From Promethearchaeota archaeon (GTDB lineage: Archaea; Asgardarchaeota; Lokiarchaeia; Sigyniarchaeales; SOKP01), in NCBI GenBank assembly GCA_019057865.1, contig JAHLWP010000010.1, positions 54,086-118,085 on the forward strand: a stretch of DNA of 64,000 nucleotides, in the 5' to 3' direction. Shown here piece by piece: positions 29,080 through 40,172 of this stretch (position 1 is its first letter; each line of letters opens with the position of its first letter). The translations under genes and the position numbers were made by a program. The notes under the pieces were generated by a model. The model saw only the letters and a program-made list of their open reading frames with translations, was not told where the DNA came from and searched no databases.

Positions 29080-29205
29080 ATGTGTAAAGAGTGTAATGAC
29101 ACTGGAAAAATTAGAATCTATAGGAATGATTTAGAGGAATTTGAAGAAATACCCTGTGATGCGTGTCATCAAGTTTATCCAGAAAGTATCTCAACTTACC
29201 ATTAA
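29080..29205 (+). CDS. Small zinc-finger protein (41 aa)
   Basis: MCKECNDTGKIRIYRNDLEEFEEIPCDACHQVYPESISTYH; CxxC...CxxC; GAGG upstream. Confidence 0.6.
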   Translation: MCKECNDTGKIRIYRNDLEEFEEIPCDACHQVYPESISTYH

Positions 29206-29379
29206 AATTCCTAAGTATAAAGCTGTTTTTGAAGTTCTCTTATCCTCACTCGTAAGGTAGCATCTGTAAAACCTATTCGGAAGCAGTAAATATTCTCTTA
29301 TTATTTTATGAAGAAAAGAAGAAATCAAATTCTAAATAAATTGACTAAATAAATAAATAGACTAATTAAATTAATGAGC

Positions 29380-30615
29380 CTATATTTCTTCTACTCTTTT
29401 GAATTTTTTTATAATATCATCTTTTATACTCTTAGCGGTATTCAATGAATTTAGAACGCTTTCTATTTCAGATATAGATAACCCGTAATACTTAAATACG
29501 TAAACATCTACTAAATTTTCATAATTTTGAATTATAGTATCCAAATGAATTGGATCTTTAATTCTTAATTGGTATCTAGCATTAAATTTAGCTTTTGCAT
29601 ATTTAACTAAATTAAAAGATTTTTCCCAAATATTTGGTTTAATTACAGATATAATAGTCTTTGAAAAAATATCATTTAAGCTTTTAACTCTTTTTCTTGA
29701 ATTTAGTAATTGTAACATTTCAAGATATATAATATCTCTAAATTCTGGTAATTTAGTCTCAAAAATCAGTAAAGGTATCTCATCAGCACCTTTAATTCCG
29801 TAGAGTTCTAAAGTAGAATTACCATCTATAATTAATCTATATTGGTTGAATTCAGTAAATAATACTTCTTCTTCACCATCCGGAAAAATATTAATATCTG
29901 ATATCCATACTTCATCAAATTCACCATTCTGAATTTTTATTTTGTCATCAAGAACAAGTTTCTTAAATGTCTTGGTACCATTTCTATATTTCTCAGAAAG
30001 TTCAATCCAAATCTGATAAAATTCAGTAAACAATTTTTTACTTCTCGATATACTTGAAATAATTCTACCTAATTTAACTTGTTCTTTGTCTGAAGCTATA
30101 TATATCGGCATTCTACCTAAAGGCGTCGCAAAAAATTCCCATATAAGACCTTTTGCTTTTCCTGCTATTTTATACCAAAATGTTAATAATTTAGAATTCA
30201 AAATTCCCAAAAGATAATTTAAATCAATTTGAAAATTATTCTTAGGAGTAATTGCATACATATCTGAAGTTCCAAAATAACCAATTTCATCTAGCGCAAA
30301 ACTATTCTCGGGAGCTCGATATGGACACAAAATTTTTATATTGGAGTTTTCAAACAATTCTATATTCTGAATTCTTTGATATCCATACCAAGGATATTTT
30401 TCTTCTTTATCATCATAATCATATCTCTCCTTTAATTCATCTTCATATACTTTTAAATAACTCAATACTCCAGAATAGTCGTCAATTTTGAATCGTCCAT
30501 CCTGTAATGGACCAGTATATACAAGATATTCATCACTTTTAATTAAATAATATTTCTTAATACCACTATTAGTGATTAATGGTTTTATAAATGGAAATTC
30601 TATCTTATGAGATTT
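29380..30615 (-). pseudogene. C-terminal remnant (TaqI-C-like TRD) of a Type II/IIG R-M methyltransferase
   Basis: Frame is open upstream of 30465 without a start (KPLITNSGIKKY...). FALDE, YLLGILNSKLLTFWY, PLGRMPI, DVYVFKYYGLS. No methyltransferase motifs remain. Confidence 0.7.
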
Positions 30616-30962
30616 TTTTTTTTAAAGTTCTAAGTAGCGTCATTTAAGAAAGTCTAATTTATTTTATTTCAGTTCATTCTATTTTGATCATATTACATTT
30701 AAATTAAAAAATGTTTATTAACTATGGAATAACTATCATTAATCTTAGTTTAATATTCAAATCACTCTTATTTAAAGAAAAAGGATTTTGGAAAAAATAA
30801 AAGAATCAGAGGAAAGAGGGGGAGTTGATATAAAAATTAAGCAATCCATAAATGATTTTGGCTTTAATGGATTAAGAACCCATCAAAAAGTATGTTGTTA
30901 GGTTTTATTTGGTTTTAAATTTGACTTTCGTATATAAAAACAAAGATACAAAGAGTTATAAT

Positions 30963-31020
30963 GTATTACGTTAATTTTTAAGGGAATATTTCGTATTACG
31001 GTATTTTTGAGGGAATTTAA
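30963..31020. repeat. Imperfect 30-bp tandem direct repeat (2 copies)
   Basis: GTATTACGTTAATTTTTAAGGGAATATTTC / GTATTACGGTATTTTTGAGGGAATTTAA. Confidence 0.6.
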
Positions 31021-31187
31021 GAAGTTTCCCTACTTATTTTGGATTTTTAACCACGGAAAATATTTTTTTAAAATAATAGGTCTATTTTAATAAATTTGTG
31101 TGGAAAATAGAAAAGATTTAAATAATTTTTTAAGATATTTTTATATAGAGTAAAATTTGGATTAAATACATTTCAAAAGGTTAATAA

Positions 31188-32123
31188 ATGTCTCAAAGTT
31201 TAAGTCCTTTAATTAGTATTCAAGGATTAACAAAAAAATATAATAAATTAGTTGCTGTTGATAATCTATATCTTGATATCCATGAATCTTGCTTTGCACT
31301 ACTAGGTTCTAATGGTGCAGGAAAGACAACAATAATGTTAATGTTGCTAGGATTAGTTAAACCTACCAATGGAACTGCTTTTATTTTAGGAAAAAAGATA
31401 TCCAAAAATCTAACTAATACTTATAAAATTGGTTTTTTACCCGAGAATGTAGGATTTTATCCAAATTCAACAGGTCGAGAACATATCGAGTTATTATTTG
31501 GTCTTCGGAATAATATGAAAGATAGAAGAAAAAATGCAGAATTACTTTTAAAATGGTGTGGGTTAAAAAAGGAATTTTGGGCCAAGAAAGTTTCTACATA
31601 TTCCAAAGGAATGCGCCAACGTTTAGGAATAGCACAAGCATTTGCTGGAGATCCTAAAATCGTAATTTTAGACGAACCATTATCCAATATTGACCCCTTG
31701 GGCAGAGATGAATTAATTAAGAAAATTCAAGAAAAAATTAAAGAAGGAATAATTATTCTTATTTCAAGCCATATAGTCTCTGAGATAGAACAAATTTCAG
31801 ATTCAGTTGCCATTATTGATAATGGGAAAATAAAAGCATCAGGTAACATTTTTGCTTTAGCACAATCTTATGGATTCAATGAATATGAAATAAATATTAT
31901 AAATAAAAATTCAAGAATATCCTTGAATGAGCTTAATGAAATTCTTTTTTCTGAAAAAGACCTTTTTATGGAAAAACCGAAAGTTTTAAGCGAAAAAATC
32001 ATTTTTAGAAGTGATAATCCTAATGAAATTAAAAATAATTTGAAGAAATATGAGGATTTTGAGATTAAACCTTTATATGGAACTTTAGGGAAGATTTATA
32101 AAAAAGTAATAAAAAAAAAATGA
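31188..32123 (+). CDS. ABC-2 type exporter ATP-binding protein
   Basis: GSNGAGKTT, YSKGMRQRL, ILDEP, ISSH. Confidence 0.92.
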   Translation: MSQSLSPLISIQGLTKKYNKLVAVDNLYLDIHESCFALLGSNGAGKTTIMLMLLGLVKPTNGTAFILGKKISKNLTNTYKIGFLPENVGFYPNSTGREHIELLFGLRNNMKDRRKNAELLLKWCGLKKEFWAKKVSTYSKGMRQRLGIAQAFAGDPKIVILDEPLSNIDPLGRDELIKKIQEKIKEGIIILISSHIVSEIEQISDSVAIIDNGKIKASGNIFALAQSYGFNEYEINIINKNSRISLNELNEILFSEKDLFMEKPKVLSEKIIFRSDNPNEIKNNLKKYEDFEIKPLYGTLGKIYKKVIKKK

Positions 32124-32918
32124 AAAAGGTGTAAATCAATTAAACCTTATTTTTATTCAGAAAGAATCTTAATTTCATTTTATCTTAAAAAATATTTTAA
32201 AAGTTTTCGCACTATTTTATGCTTTCTTTTAATTTTAATTCCCGTTGTATATAGTTTTTATCATATACAAACTCTTAAAAAATCTTCAGTTGAGTTCAAT
32301 CAGACATATATAGATACTTCAATTTTTTTACCTGGATTGATATTAAATTTTATTTTATTTATAGGAATATTTACTATTATTACTTCATGTGATATTATTT
32401 CATATGATTTCTCCCATAACATGGCAATGATTCTGTATTCGACAATTTCTCGGAAAAACATTTTAATATCGAAATTGGTATCTGTAATATTGTATTTAGT
32501 TTTTCTTGAATTGATTACTTTTCTCTCTTTTGATATTTTATTATCAATTACATTACTTTCTTCAGTATCCACAAGTGTATTCTTTATAGGGTTTTTCTTA
32601 ATTTTCTTTTATATTCTTTTTGTATTCTCATTAACCTTCTTTTTTTCAACCATAACGCGAAATACGGTTTATGCATTTGTGATACCTTTATTTTATCTTT
32701 ATTCCGAACCATTACTAGTTATTTTTGACTTGAAAATTCTCTCATACACTGAACAAGTAACCATAATTGCTCGTTTTATTCAAAACATTATTATTAATGG
32801 AAATGTAGTAATTAATTATAACGAATTAACTATTAGTCTTATTATTTTTTTCGGTCTCCCTTTAATCTTTTTTCTTATTAGTTTTTATATATTTAAACAA
32901 TTAGATATTCGTACATAA
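32120..32918 (+). CDS. ABC-2 type permease (probable 5' frameshift or unusual start)
   Basis: Frame of ORF 32337..32918 is open back to 32124. The overlapping ATG at 32120 is 1 nt out of frame across an A run. Multi-TM, YSTISRKNILISK. Confidence 0.7.
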
Positions 32919-33076
32919 TTATTGGTGATAAGAATTTTCATTAAATTAAAATAACAATATTTGGTTGGGAGAGAAAAATTCAAACTAAGGAGAAGATTAT
33001 TTTACCTTTTATTGTTCTTTTTTCAAAAATAAGTGCTGTTGTAATATTTATTCCGTTTCCAAAGACCGAGGTAATA

Positions 33077-33487
33077 ATGAGATTGGGGGATTATGATTTT
33101 CTTAAAGGAGTTACTCACTTTGGACATCTAAAATATCCTTGGCGATCATACAAACAAGTAATATTTATTAATCTAACAGCAAGAGAGGGCGTTTTTTCTC
33201 TATTAATTCTTGATCAAAATGCTTTTATAAATTGGAGTAATAATCTCTCTTTCCAACCATATTTTGAAACTGGAAATATTACAGAAATAGACGAAAAAAT
33301 AACGATAAAACCCCCTAATCATGATAGAATAACTATAATAATTATCGCTGAAGAATATTTAGCAATTTCTGGAATGATAATAACAAAATATTTAGATTAC
33401 TACACAAATTATGGCTTTTTCTCTCTTGTAATTGTAGCTGTCCTTATATTTTATTATTTATATGAAAAATATAGAAAAGGATTATGA
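33077..33487 (+). CDS. Hypothetical membrane-anchored protein
   Basis: C-terminal TM plus basic tail; the N-terminal TM may be frameshifted upstream. Confidence 0.5.
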   Translation: MRLGDYDFLKGVTHFGHLKYPWRSYKQVIFINLTAREGVFSLLILDQNAFINWSNNLSFQPYFETGNITEIDEKITIKPPNHDRITIIIIAEEYLAISGMIITKYLDYYTNYGFFSLVIVAVLIFYYLYEKYRKGL

Positions 33488-33876
33488 TTTTGTATAGTAC
33501 GAAAGTAACAACTAATATTTAATTTTTTATAACTTAAAAGAACTTAATTTTTAGAAATTTTTTTTTAGTTTAGGACAAATTATTAAAATGGTTGAAAATA
33601 TATCGAAGAAAAATTCTGTATCTTGATAAATACAGAAGAGTTTATAGGAGCAGAATGTGTAAAAGAAATTAATAATTTCAAAGAAGAACAATGACTTAAC
33701 ATCTTTTTTTATTTTTAGAGAAGAATGTAAAGATGCAACAGTAAAGAGAAAAATTTTATAAATTATAATTTCTTAATTACTTTTACAGAAATGTATTCTT
33801 AATTCAATTTTCTTTAATCAAAAAAATTTTTAAGTAGAAATCTACAAATACAAAAATTAAGAGAATTTTTGTTAAG

Positions 33877-34962
33877 GTGATAAAAATGAAAAAGATTAAA
33901 AACTTTAAATTGCTTTCGATTGGATTTTTATCTTTATTTATCTTAATTTTCCTAATACCCATTGTTCATGCTGATGACGTTACGTTATTGGTTGAGGAAT
34001 CTGAATCCAATTACTATCTTCATAGTACTCTGACTGTATGGAAAAGAGAAGATGCTGATCCTAATAAAGATTATTACGCGGTTAAACTTACTGTTGCTGA
34101 ACATTACGCACAAAATAATATTTTTATCGAAATAATGAGAATGGGTGCAGGTCTTAATGTGTATCACCCCGCTGTTGGTGGTGGTATAATTAATCGAGCC
34201 GAACGTAAACCTAGTGCTGGAATTCATCTTGGAGGAACGATTTATATAGGATTTGGGGGGATTACTATTGCCTGTGGGCTACCCACAGGAGTGGTAACTT
34301 TGGCAACAGACACAAATACTGAACAACATTGGGCTGTATCTAGCTGCCTTGCAATTAATTGTTTGGATTTTGTAATCAAGGTCTCTACACCTGAAGGACA
34401 AGGACTCTACATATCTAGTTGGTGTGGGGCTCACTGGTTCACTTTCACGGGCCTTGGTTATTGGCTTCCAGATAGAGAAGGTTATGGTCCTAGTCACTAT
34501 ATATATGTTGGACCCGAGAGGGACGGAGGTGGTTGTCCAATTCTTTCTGTATATAATGGAACAGATTATATAGAAGAAGGATTGCTAAATATTCATAGTC
34601 CATCTTTTGATATTAAAAATGAACATACCTTAATCATGAAACCTGAAGCGGTAGACAATCGATATCTCCTTAGACTTACTGAACACTACAAAACCATCTC
34701 ACATATAGATAATGTAAAGCTATTTGGGAGGTTATCGAATGGTGTATTGATTCCATTACAATTAACATCAGCATTCCATTCTGCAATTGGTAATGTCATT
34801 GATACTTTATGGCTTAGTGATGACAACCGAGTGGACGTTTTAGGTGCGGATCATAATGATGGCATATCTGAGTTTATTGATTTAGAATTTAATGCCCACA
34901 ATGGTCAGAGTTTCATAGAATTCTTATTTGTGATTGAAGGCTATAATGCGTTCGTAAAATAA
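33877..34962 (+). CDS. Secreted protein with C-terminal GGGCP domain
   Basis: Signal peptide ending VHA; C-terminal GGGCPILSVYNG..EGLLNIH..SHIDNVKL..FVIEGYN. Confidence 0.75.
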   Translation: MIKMKKIKNFKLLSIGFLSLFILIFLIPIVHADDVTLLVEESESNYYLHSTLTVWKREDADPNKDYYAVKLTVAEHYAQNNIFIEIMRMGAGLNVYHPAVGGGIINRAERKPSAGIHLGGTIYIGFGGITIACGLPTGVVTLATDTNTEQHWAVSSCLAINCLDFVIKVSTPEGQGLYISSWCGAHWFTFTGLGYWLPDREGYGPSHYIYVGPERDGGGCPILSVYNGTDYIEEGLLNIHSPSFDIKNEHTLIMKPEAVDNRYLLRLTEHYKTISHIDNVKLFGRLSNGVLIPLQLTSAFHSAIGNVIDTLWLSDDNRVDVLGADHNDGISEFIDLEFNAHNGQSFIEFLFVIEGYNAFVK

Positions 34963-35137
34963 TAGTCAAAATATTTATTCATAAATTAATTTTTTTTTTT
35001 TTCTTAAAATATACTATTTCATATGTTATATTTTTAAATTTTTTTGAAAGAAATTCTTAGTTTTCTTTACATTTTTTCCAAAGAACTGTGAACCAAATGA
35101 GTCTATAAATCTTCAAATAACGGCAAATCAATCACCA

Positions 35138-35434
35138 GTGGAAAATGCTACTATAACTGTTATGAAAGATGGAGATCTTTTATGGAAAGGAAATACATCA
35201 GAAACTGGAGAGATTGAAGTACCTTATAAGCAAGAGCAAATAGATGGAATGATCTTAACTGCAAGTAAAAACGGTTATATACCTTTTCAAACTCTACAAG
35301 ATATCCCTTATGAGGATTCTAAGCTGATCACTGGATATGACATGGTTATAACTTATATCATTCTTCTTGGTTTTATAAGCATATCTGTTGTTTACATTAA
35401 AAAATTTAAAGGACAAAATAAGAAAGTTAATTAA
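35138..35434 (+). pseudogene. C-terminal remnant of a surface protein with Loki-CTERM-like sorting tail
   Basis: Ig-like VENATITV...LTASKNGYIP, then ITGYD + TM + KKFK. Confidence 0.5.
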
Positions 35435-35470
35435 GCCTCTTTAATCTAAATACATTCTTTTTTTACTTTT

Positions 35471-35776
35471 TTATGATTTAAGGGTTTCTTTCAATTTTTC
35501 TAAACTTTTTTGGAATTTTTCAATTTCAGCCTTATTTAAAGTATTATCATTGATTTTTTTAACTAGATTAATAAAATCTTTCACCAAGGGATGTTCAAGG
35601 ACTACACAAGTTTGGTTTAAGGTATTAACATCTAATATTAGACCTGAATCTATAATCTCACCAATACCTAATATATCTTTGAATAGTAATTCATTATTCT
35701 CTGTATATGATAATACCACAATATCCTCTAATATTTGGGAACCATCGTTTTGTTTTATAATCTTAAATTCGCACAA
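35471..35776 (-). CDS. cooT: CooT family nickel-binding protein
   Basis: MCEFKI...ILEDIV...KDILG; divergent from the ACDS genes. Confidence 0.75.
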   Translation of the reverse strand: MCEFKIIKQNDGSQILEDIVVLSYTENNELLFKDILGIGEIIDSGLILDVNTLNQTCVVLEHPLVKDFINLVKKINDNTLNKAEIEKFQKSLEKLKETLKS

Positions 35777-35930
35777 CTTAAATTTTTCACTTCTTTTATA
35801 TTTAATTCATCTTACTTTTTAGTTTAATTTAATAAAAACAATTTTTTTAAATTGTCTTTAATAAATCTAAGTATAGCAATTATTTTAAAAGTTATAACTT
35901 AAACTAAAACCAGAGAAAATTGATGGAAAA

Positions 35931-36461
35931 ATGGCAAGACCTTATCAAAAAGCGAATATTCCCGGTCCAGAGATGGGCACGTCTGTCTATGATCCGAAAG
36001 TAATGGCGAATATTCTAAAAGCACAGAAAAAGAAGGTTTTTGTTATCGGCTCAGAATCTCTAAACTGGGAGCTAGATGGTAAAAAAGTCGCTGATTATTT
36101 CATAGATATTGCAAAAAAGCTAGATTGTCATGTTATATCAACAGGTCATACTTATGGATATCTAAAGGAATTTTATCCTTTAGATAAATTATGGGATATG
36201 TCTCTAATTAATGTTACTGGAAGACTAGTGGATAAAGAGTGGAAAGGATTAGATGGAAAAGGACAATATGAAATGGCTATTTTTGGTGGACATCTCGTAT
36301 ATTATGTTTCACAAACAATGAGTCGAATAAAAAACTTTTCAAATTGGGTAAGAACAGTTGATTTAGACCGATATTCACATCCTAACGCTAGATTTAGCTT
36401 ACCAAATTTAAGTGACAATGATTGGAAAGCCTTTTTAGAAAAATTAATTGAAAATTTATAA
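35931..36461 (+). CDS. cdhB: CO dehydrogenase/acetyl-CoA synthase epsilon subunit
   Basis: PYQKANIPGP, WKGLDGKGQY, YYVSQ, HPNARFSLPNL. Confidence 0.9.
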   Translation: MARPYQKANIPGPEMGTSVYDPKVMANILKAQKKKVFVIGSESLNWELDGKKVADYFIDIAKKLDCHVISTGHTYGYLKEFYPLDKLWDMSLINVTGRLVDKEWKGLDGKGQYEMAIFGGHLVYYVSQTMSRIKNFSNWVRTVDLDRYSHPNARFSLPNLSDNDWKAFLEKLIENL

Positions 36462-36500
36462 TTATTAAAAATACAAAAAAAATTAGAGGAGAATTATTAA

Positions 36501-37931
36501 ATGAGTTTTTCAGATATGCCCGTTGATGTAGGTCCTGTATATGAAGGTGAGCGCATCAGGGGTAATCAAATGTATGTAGAGCTCGGCGGACCTAAGATTA
36601 AAAAGCATTTTGAACTCGTGAGGGTTAAATCAGCCAAGGAAATTAAGGATGGTGATGTTAGACTAATTGGTCCAGATTTGACCGACATGGAAGAGGGAGA
36701 AAGGTACCCTATTGGAATTTTAGTGGAAGTTGCTGGACCTGAATTAGAAGAAGATTTAGAAGCAGTATTTGAAAGGAGAGTCCATGAATTTTGTAATTTT
36801 GTAAATGGAATAATGCATTTAAATCAACGGTATACAAACTGGATGCGAATTTCTAAGTCTGCTTTCGCAAAAGGGTTAAATAATTTTGAGATGTTAGGGA
36901 CAATCCTGATTAGGCTCTATAAAGCAGAATTATCAATTATTAAACAAGCACAAGTGACATTTTATACAGATGCTAAAGAAATTGAAAAGCCTTATGAAAT
37001 GGCAATGCAAATATATGAAAAGAGAGATGAAAGAGCCAGAACAATTCATGATGAGGATGTAGATATGTTTTATGGGTGTGTTTTATGCCAGTCTTTTGCA
37101 CCAACCCACGCTTGTTGTATAACACCAGACAGAACTTCTCTTTGTGGTTCAATCAATTGGTTTGATGCCCGAGCAGCAGCTAAAGTCGACCCGAAGGGTC
37201 CTCTGTTCGAGGTACCTCCAGGCGAGTGTCTAAATGAGGAAGCTGGAGAATTTACAGGTGTTAACCAAATGATTAAGAAACGGTCACTCGGAGAAATTGA
37301 GAGAATTTACTTATATTCGGGCATGGAATTTCCACATACATCATGTGGCTGTTTTGAAGCGATTGATTTTTATATCCCTGAAGTAAATGGTCATGGAATA
37401 GTTGATAGAAATTTCGATGGAGTCGCTATCAATGGTTTGCCCTTCTCAGCTATGGCAAATCAGACTGGTGGGGGTAAGCAGATGCCCGGTTTTAATGGTG
37501 TGAGTATCCAATACATTGTATCACCAAAATACCAATCTTATGACGGACTACAAATGGGCCTTGATGGAGGCATTTATACAATCGTATGGATGCCGAAAGC
37601 AGTAAAAGATCGAGTTGGTGAGTTCCTCCCTGAAGACCTTGTTAACAAAATTGCTACAGAAGAAGAGGTTCAAGATCTTAACAAACTAAAAGATTGGTTG
37701 AAAGAAAACAATCATCCTGTTGTTGAGACTTGGGCTGAATTAGAAGCTATGGAAGAAGAGGAAGAAGAGGAATGGGAGGAAGCAGGTGCTATGGTCCCAA
37801 TGGGTACAGTTGGAATGACAATTCCTGGAATTGGTGGAGCAGGAGGTTTTAAAGTCATCTTAAAGAATTGTAAAATTCATGCTGAATCAATTATCATCAA
37901 GAAGATTGAACCTAAAAGAAGAAAAAAATAG
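36501..37931 (+). CDS. cdhC: CO dehydrogenase/acetyl-CoA synthase beta subunit
   Basis: PVDVGPVYEGERIR, ERRVHEF, GCVLCQSFAPTH, HTSCGCFE, IVWMPK. Confidence 0.96.
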   Translation: MSFSDMPVDVGPVYEGERIRGNQMYVELGGPKIKKHFELVRVKSAKEIKDGDVRLIGPDLTDMEEGERYPIGILVEVAGPELEEDLEAVFERRVHEFCNFVNGIMHLNQRYTNWMRISKSAFAKGLNNFEMLGTILIRLYKAELSIIKQAQVTFYTDAKEIEKPYEMAMQIYEKRDERARTIHDEDVDMFYGCVLCQSFAPTHACCITPDRTSLCGSINWFDARAAAKVDPKGPLFEVPPGECLNEEAGEFTGVNQMIKKRSLGEIERIYLYSGMEFPHTSCGCFEAIDFYIPEVNGHGIVDRNFDGVAINGLPFSAMANQTGGGKQMPGFNGVSIQYIVSPKYQSYDGLQMGLDGGIYTIVWMPKAVKDRVGEFLPEDLVNKIATEEEVQDLNKLKDWLKENNHPVVETWAELEAMEEEEEEEWEEAGAMVPMGTVGMTIPGIGGAGGFKVILKNCKIHAESIIIKKIEPKRRKK

Positions 37932-38447
37932 ATTATTATTTTTTTTGCTTTTTATTTTTATTTTTATTGTTTAAACTATTTCTATATGAAGACAATTAAA
38001 AACTTTTGAGCTCATTTCTAAAAACAAAGGAAGAAATAAATATTAAAATATTTTTTATTAAATTTTTTTACTAAAAAGTTAGTTCCTATATATTAATCCA
38101 ATAATCCTAAAACTTTAAGATTCTTTAACTTCGATTTTTTCTGGAAACCTGTAAGTAGATATGTCATCAATGAGTTCTTTATTCTCATTTTTGGGAAGCT
38201 GAGTTAAATGTCCTTCGGCTATAAGTAGTGGCATTTGGTCTTTATTCAAGCGATTTAATAGACCGGTATTCTCAGTTATCATCATAATATGATCCAGAGA
38301 CAACAAAAAATTTCTAAGTAATTCCATATATCAAAAATCAATAGAGTAAATAGAGTTAGTGATCATAAAAGTATAAAAATTTATAAATTAAATTTACTAA
38401 TAAAATTAAGAGGATAATTTTTCTTTAGAATCAAATAGGGTGGAAAA

Positions 38448-38954
38448 ATGCTTAAAAGGTCAATGAATTCAGCTATTATAGGTATTTTGTTTCTATTATT
38501 TTCACTAGTCTTGCAAATTATAGAGAAAAAAAAAACATTAGCTCTATTCTTAGGAATAATAGCTCTTTTTTCAATCATTTTTGGCCTTTCTCTTGACTAT
38601 AGAGATTTATTTTTTACTGTGAAAGAATTCAGATTAGGGAGAGCTGAGGAATATGAGGTTAATGCGGTTGGTCCGTATCTTTCAGGCATAATCTTACTTT
38701 CTATCAGTCTCTTTGATTTTCGCTTTATTTTGAACTTACATAATCTTTTTGATATGATTATCTTTATAACCTGGATTTTAAGTATTATCGCCTTAATTGG
38801 TGCTATAATATTTTGGAAGTTGCAGACGAGTCTAGGAAAGAGTCCAAGAAAAAGGAAAAAAGACACCTGTCCCAAATGTGGAGTAAAAGTACAGCCTGGA
38901 TATAATATCTGTTCTCATTGTGGAGAAAGAATTTCATATGAAGAAGAAAATTAA
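38448..38954 (+). CDS. Membrane protein with C-terminal zinc ribbon
   Basis: About 4 TM segments, CPKCG...CSHCG. Confidence 0.75.
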   Translation: MLKRSMNSAIIGILFLLFSLVLQIIEKKKTLALFLGIIALFSIIFGLSLDYRDLFFTVKEFRLGRAEEYEVNAVGPYLSGIILLSISLFDFRFILNLHNLFDMIIFITWILSIIALIGAIIFWKLQTSLGKSPRKRKKDTCPKCGVKVQPGYNICSHCGERISYEEEN

Positions 38955-39438
38955 ACAGAATTATTATTTTTAATGGGATCTTTATTTAGCTATTTTTACT
39001 TTTTGATGGTTCCATGAAGGCTGACATTAGGGTCCTTTTTAAGCTCTTCAATTCGTTTTACATTTGTTTCTTGGCACTCATTTATAATTTTATCCATCCT
39101 TTTTTGATTTAAGTATCTTTTAGCTCATCATCGTTAAAGTCCATGACTTCAGGATCTTTCTATTGAAATATGGATTCCCTATTTTCTTCTACTTCTTCAA
39201 GAATACCAATTTCTAAAAAGTAATCAAACATTTTCTTTATTTCTATCCTGATTTTAATTTTATATTTTCCTTTTCATTCTCTTCTTGAAAGAATAATAGG
39301 AAGGAATTCCTTCCTTATTTTTTTTTAGAAAATATTTAAACATATCTGAATTTTCTTACAATTGGCTATATATCTAGGTGATATTTATATTTGACTAGAT
39401 GAACTCGCTTTTTATCTTTTTGTCTTTTCTTCCATTTA

Positions 39439-39735
39439 TTAAAGCTTATTACCACAATCAGGGCAATATTCTAAATTTTTATCTACTATAGGGTTTGAAC
39501 ATTCTGAACACCTTTTATAGATCTTTATCTTTCCATATGATACTCCTCTCCGGTCAGCTGTGGATTTAGAATAATATTTTAAAATCGTGCCAATTATCCC
39601 TAAAGATAACATGATAATCCCTGCTATGGTATAGGTTGATGCACCCGCACCCCATGGACCAATGATAACAACAACTATTAAACAAGAGATCCCCATTCCT
39701 ATTAGACACCCAGTAAAAGAACGATAGTAAACCAT
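39439..39735 (-). CDS. Membrane protein with C-terminal zinc ribbon
   Basis: Likely start ATG 39735 after GGGTG; 2 TM segments, CSECS...YCPDCG. Confidence 0.7.
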   Translation of the reverse strand: MVYYRSFTGCLIGMGISCLIVVVIIGPWGAGASTYTIAGIIMLSLGIIGTILKYYSKSTADRRGVSYGKIKIYKRCSECSNPIVDKNLEYCPDCGNKL

Positions 39736-40172
39736 AATCCGCACCCTAATTAATTTTATAAATATTTTTATTTTTTCAGTTGTACTATTATCTAAAATTA
39801 TCAATCACATTTAATATTTTTTACAGGGATAACTAGATTCTTCTAATGAATTATTTAAAATCCCTTCAATAACTCTAATTCTTCCAAACATAATTTATAT
39901 TCTCTTTAAATTTCTTATATCTGGTTATGATACTTCAGTGAGAATATTTACTAATAAATTTTGCCGTAGGCTCCATGCCAAATCGGTATTAGTGATCATC
40001 AAGTAAATTGCGCATAACCAGGTGTCGTATGGTCTATTTGAATATAATTAAAAAATTTTAAGCTCATTTCTGAAAAGTGAATTTTATAACAATTACTGTA
40101 AGAATGATGTGCCTATTAAATCTTTAAATACGTATTTTGAGTATTTTCTAATCAATAAATGTCAAAAAAGAA

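Noticed and set aside
37538-37570. Short insert in cdhC as a candidate intron
   Set aside because: In frame, and no 4-bp helix with 3-nt bulges could be drawn
38115-39300. ORF 38115..38327 and stop-riddled coding-like sequence near 39000-39280
   Set aside because: Probably decayed gene scraps; no family could be assigned
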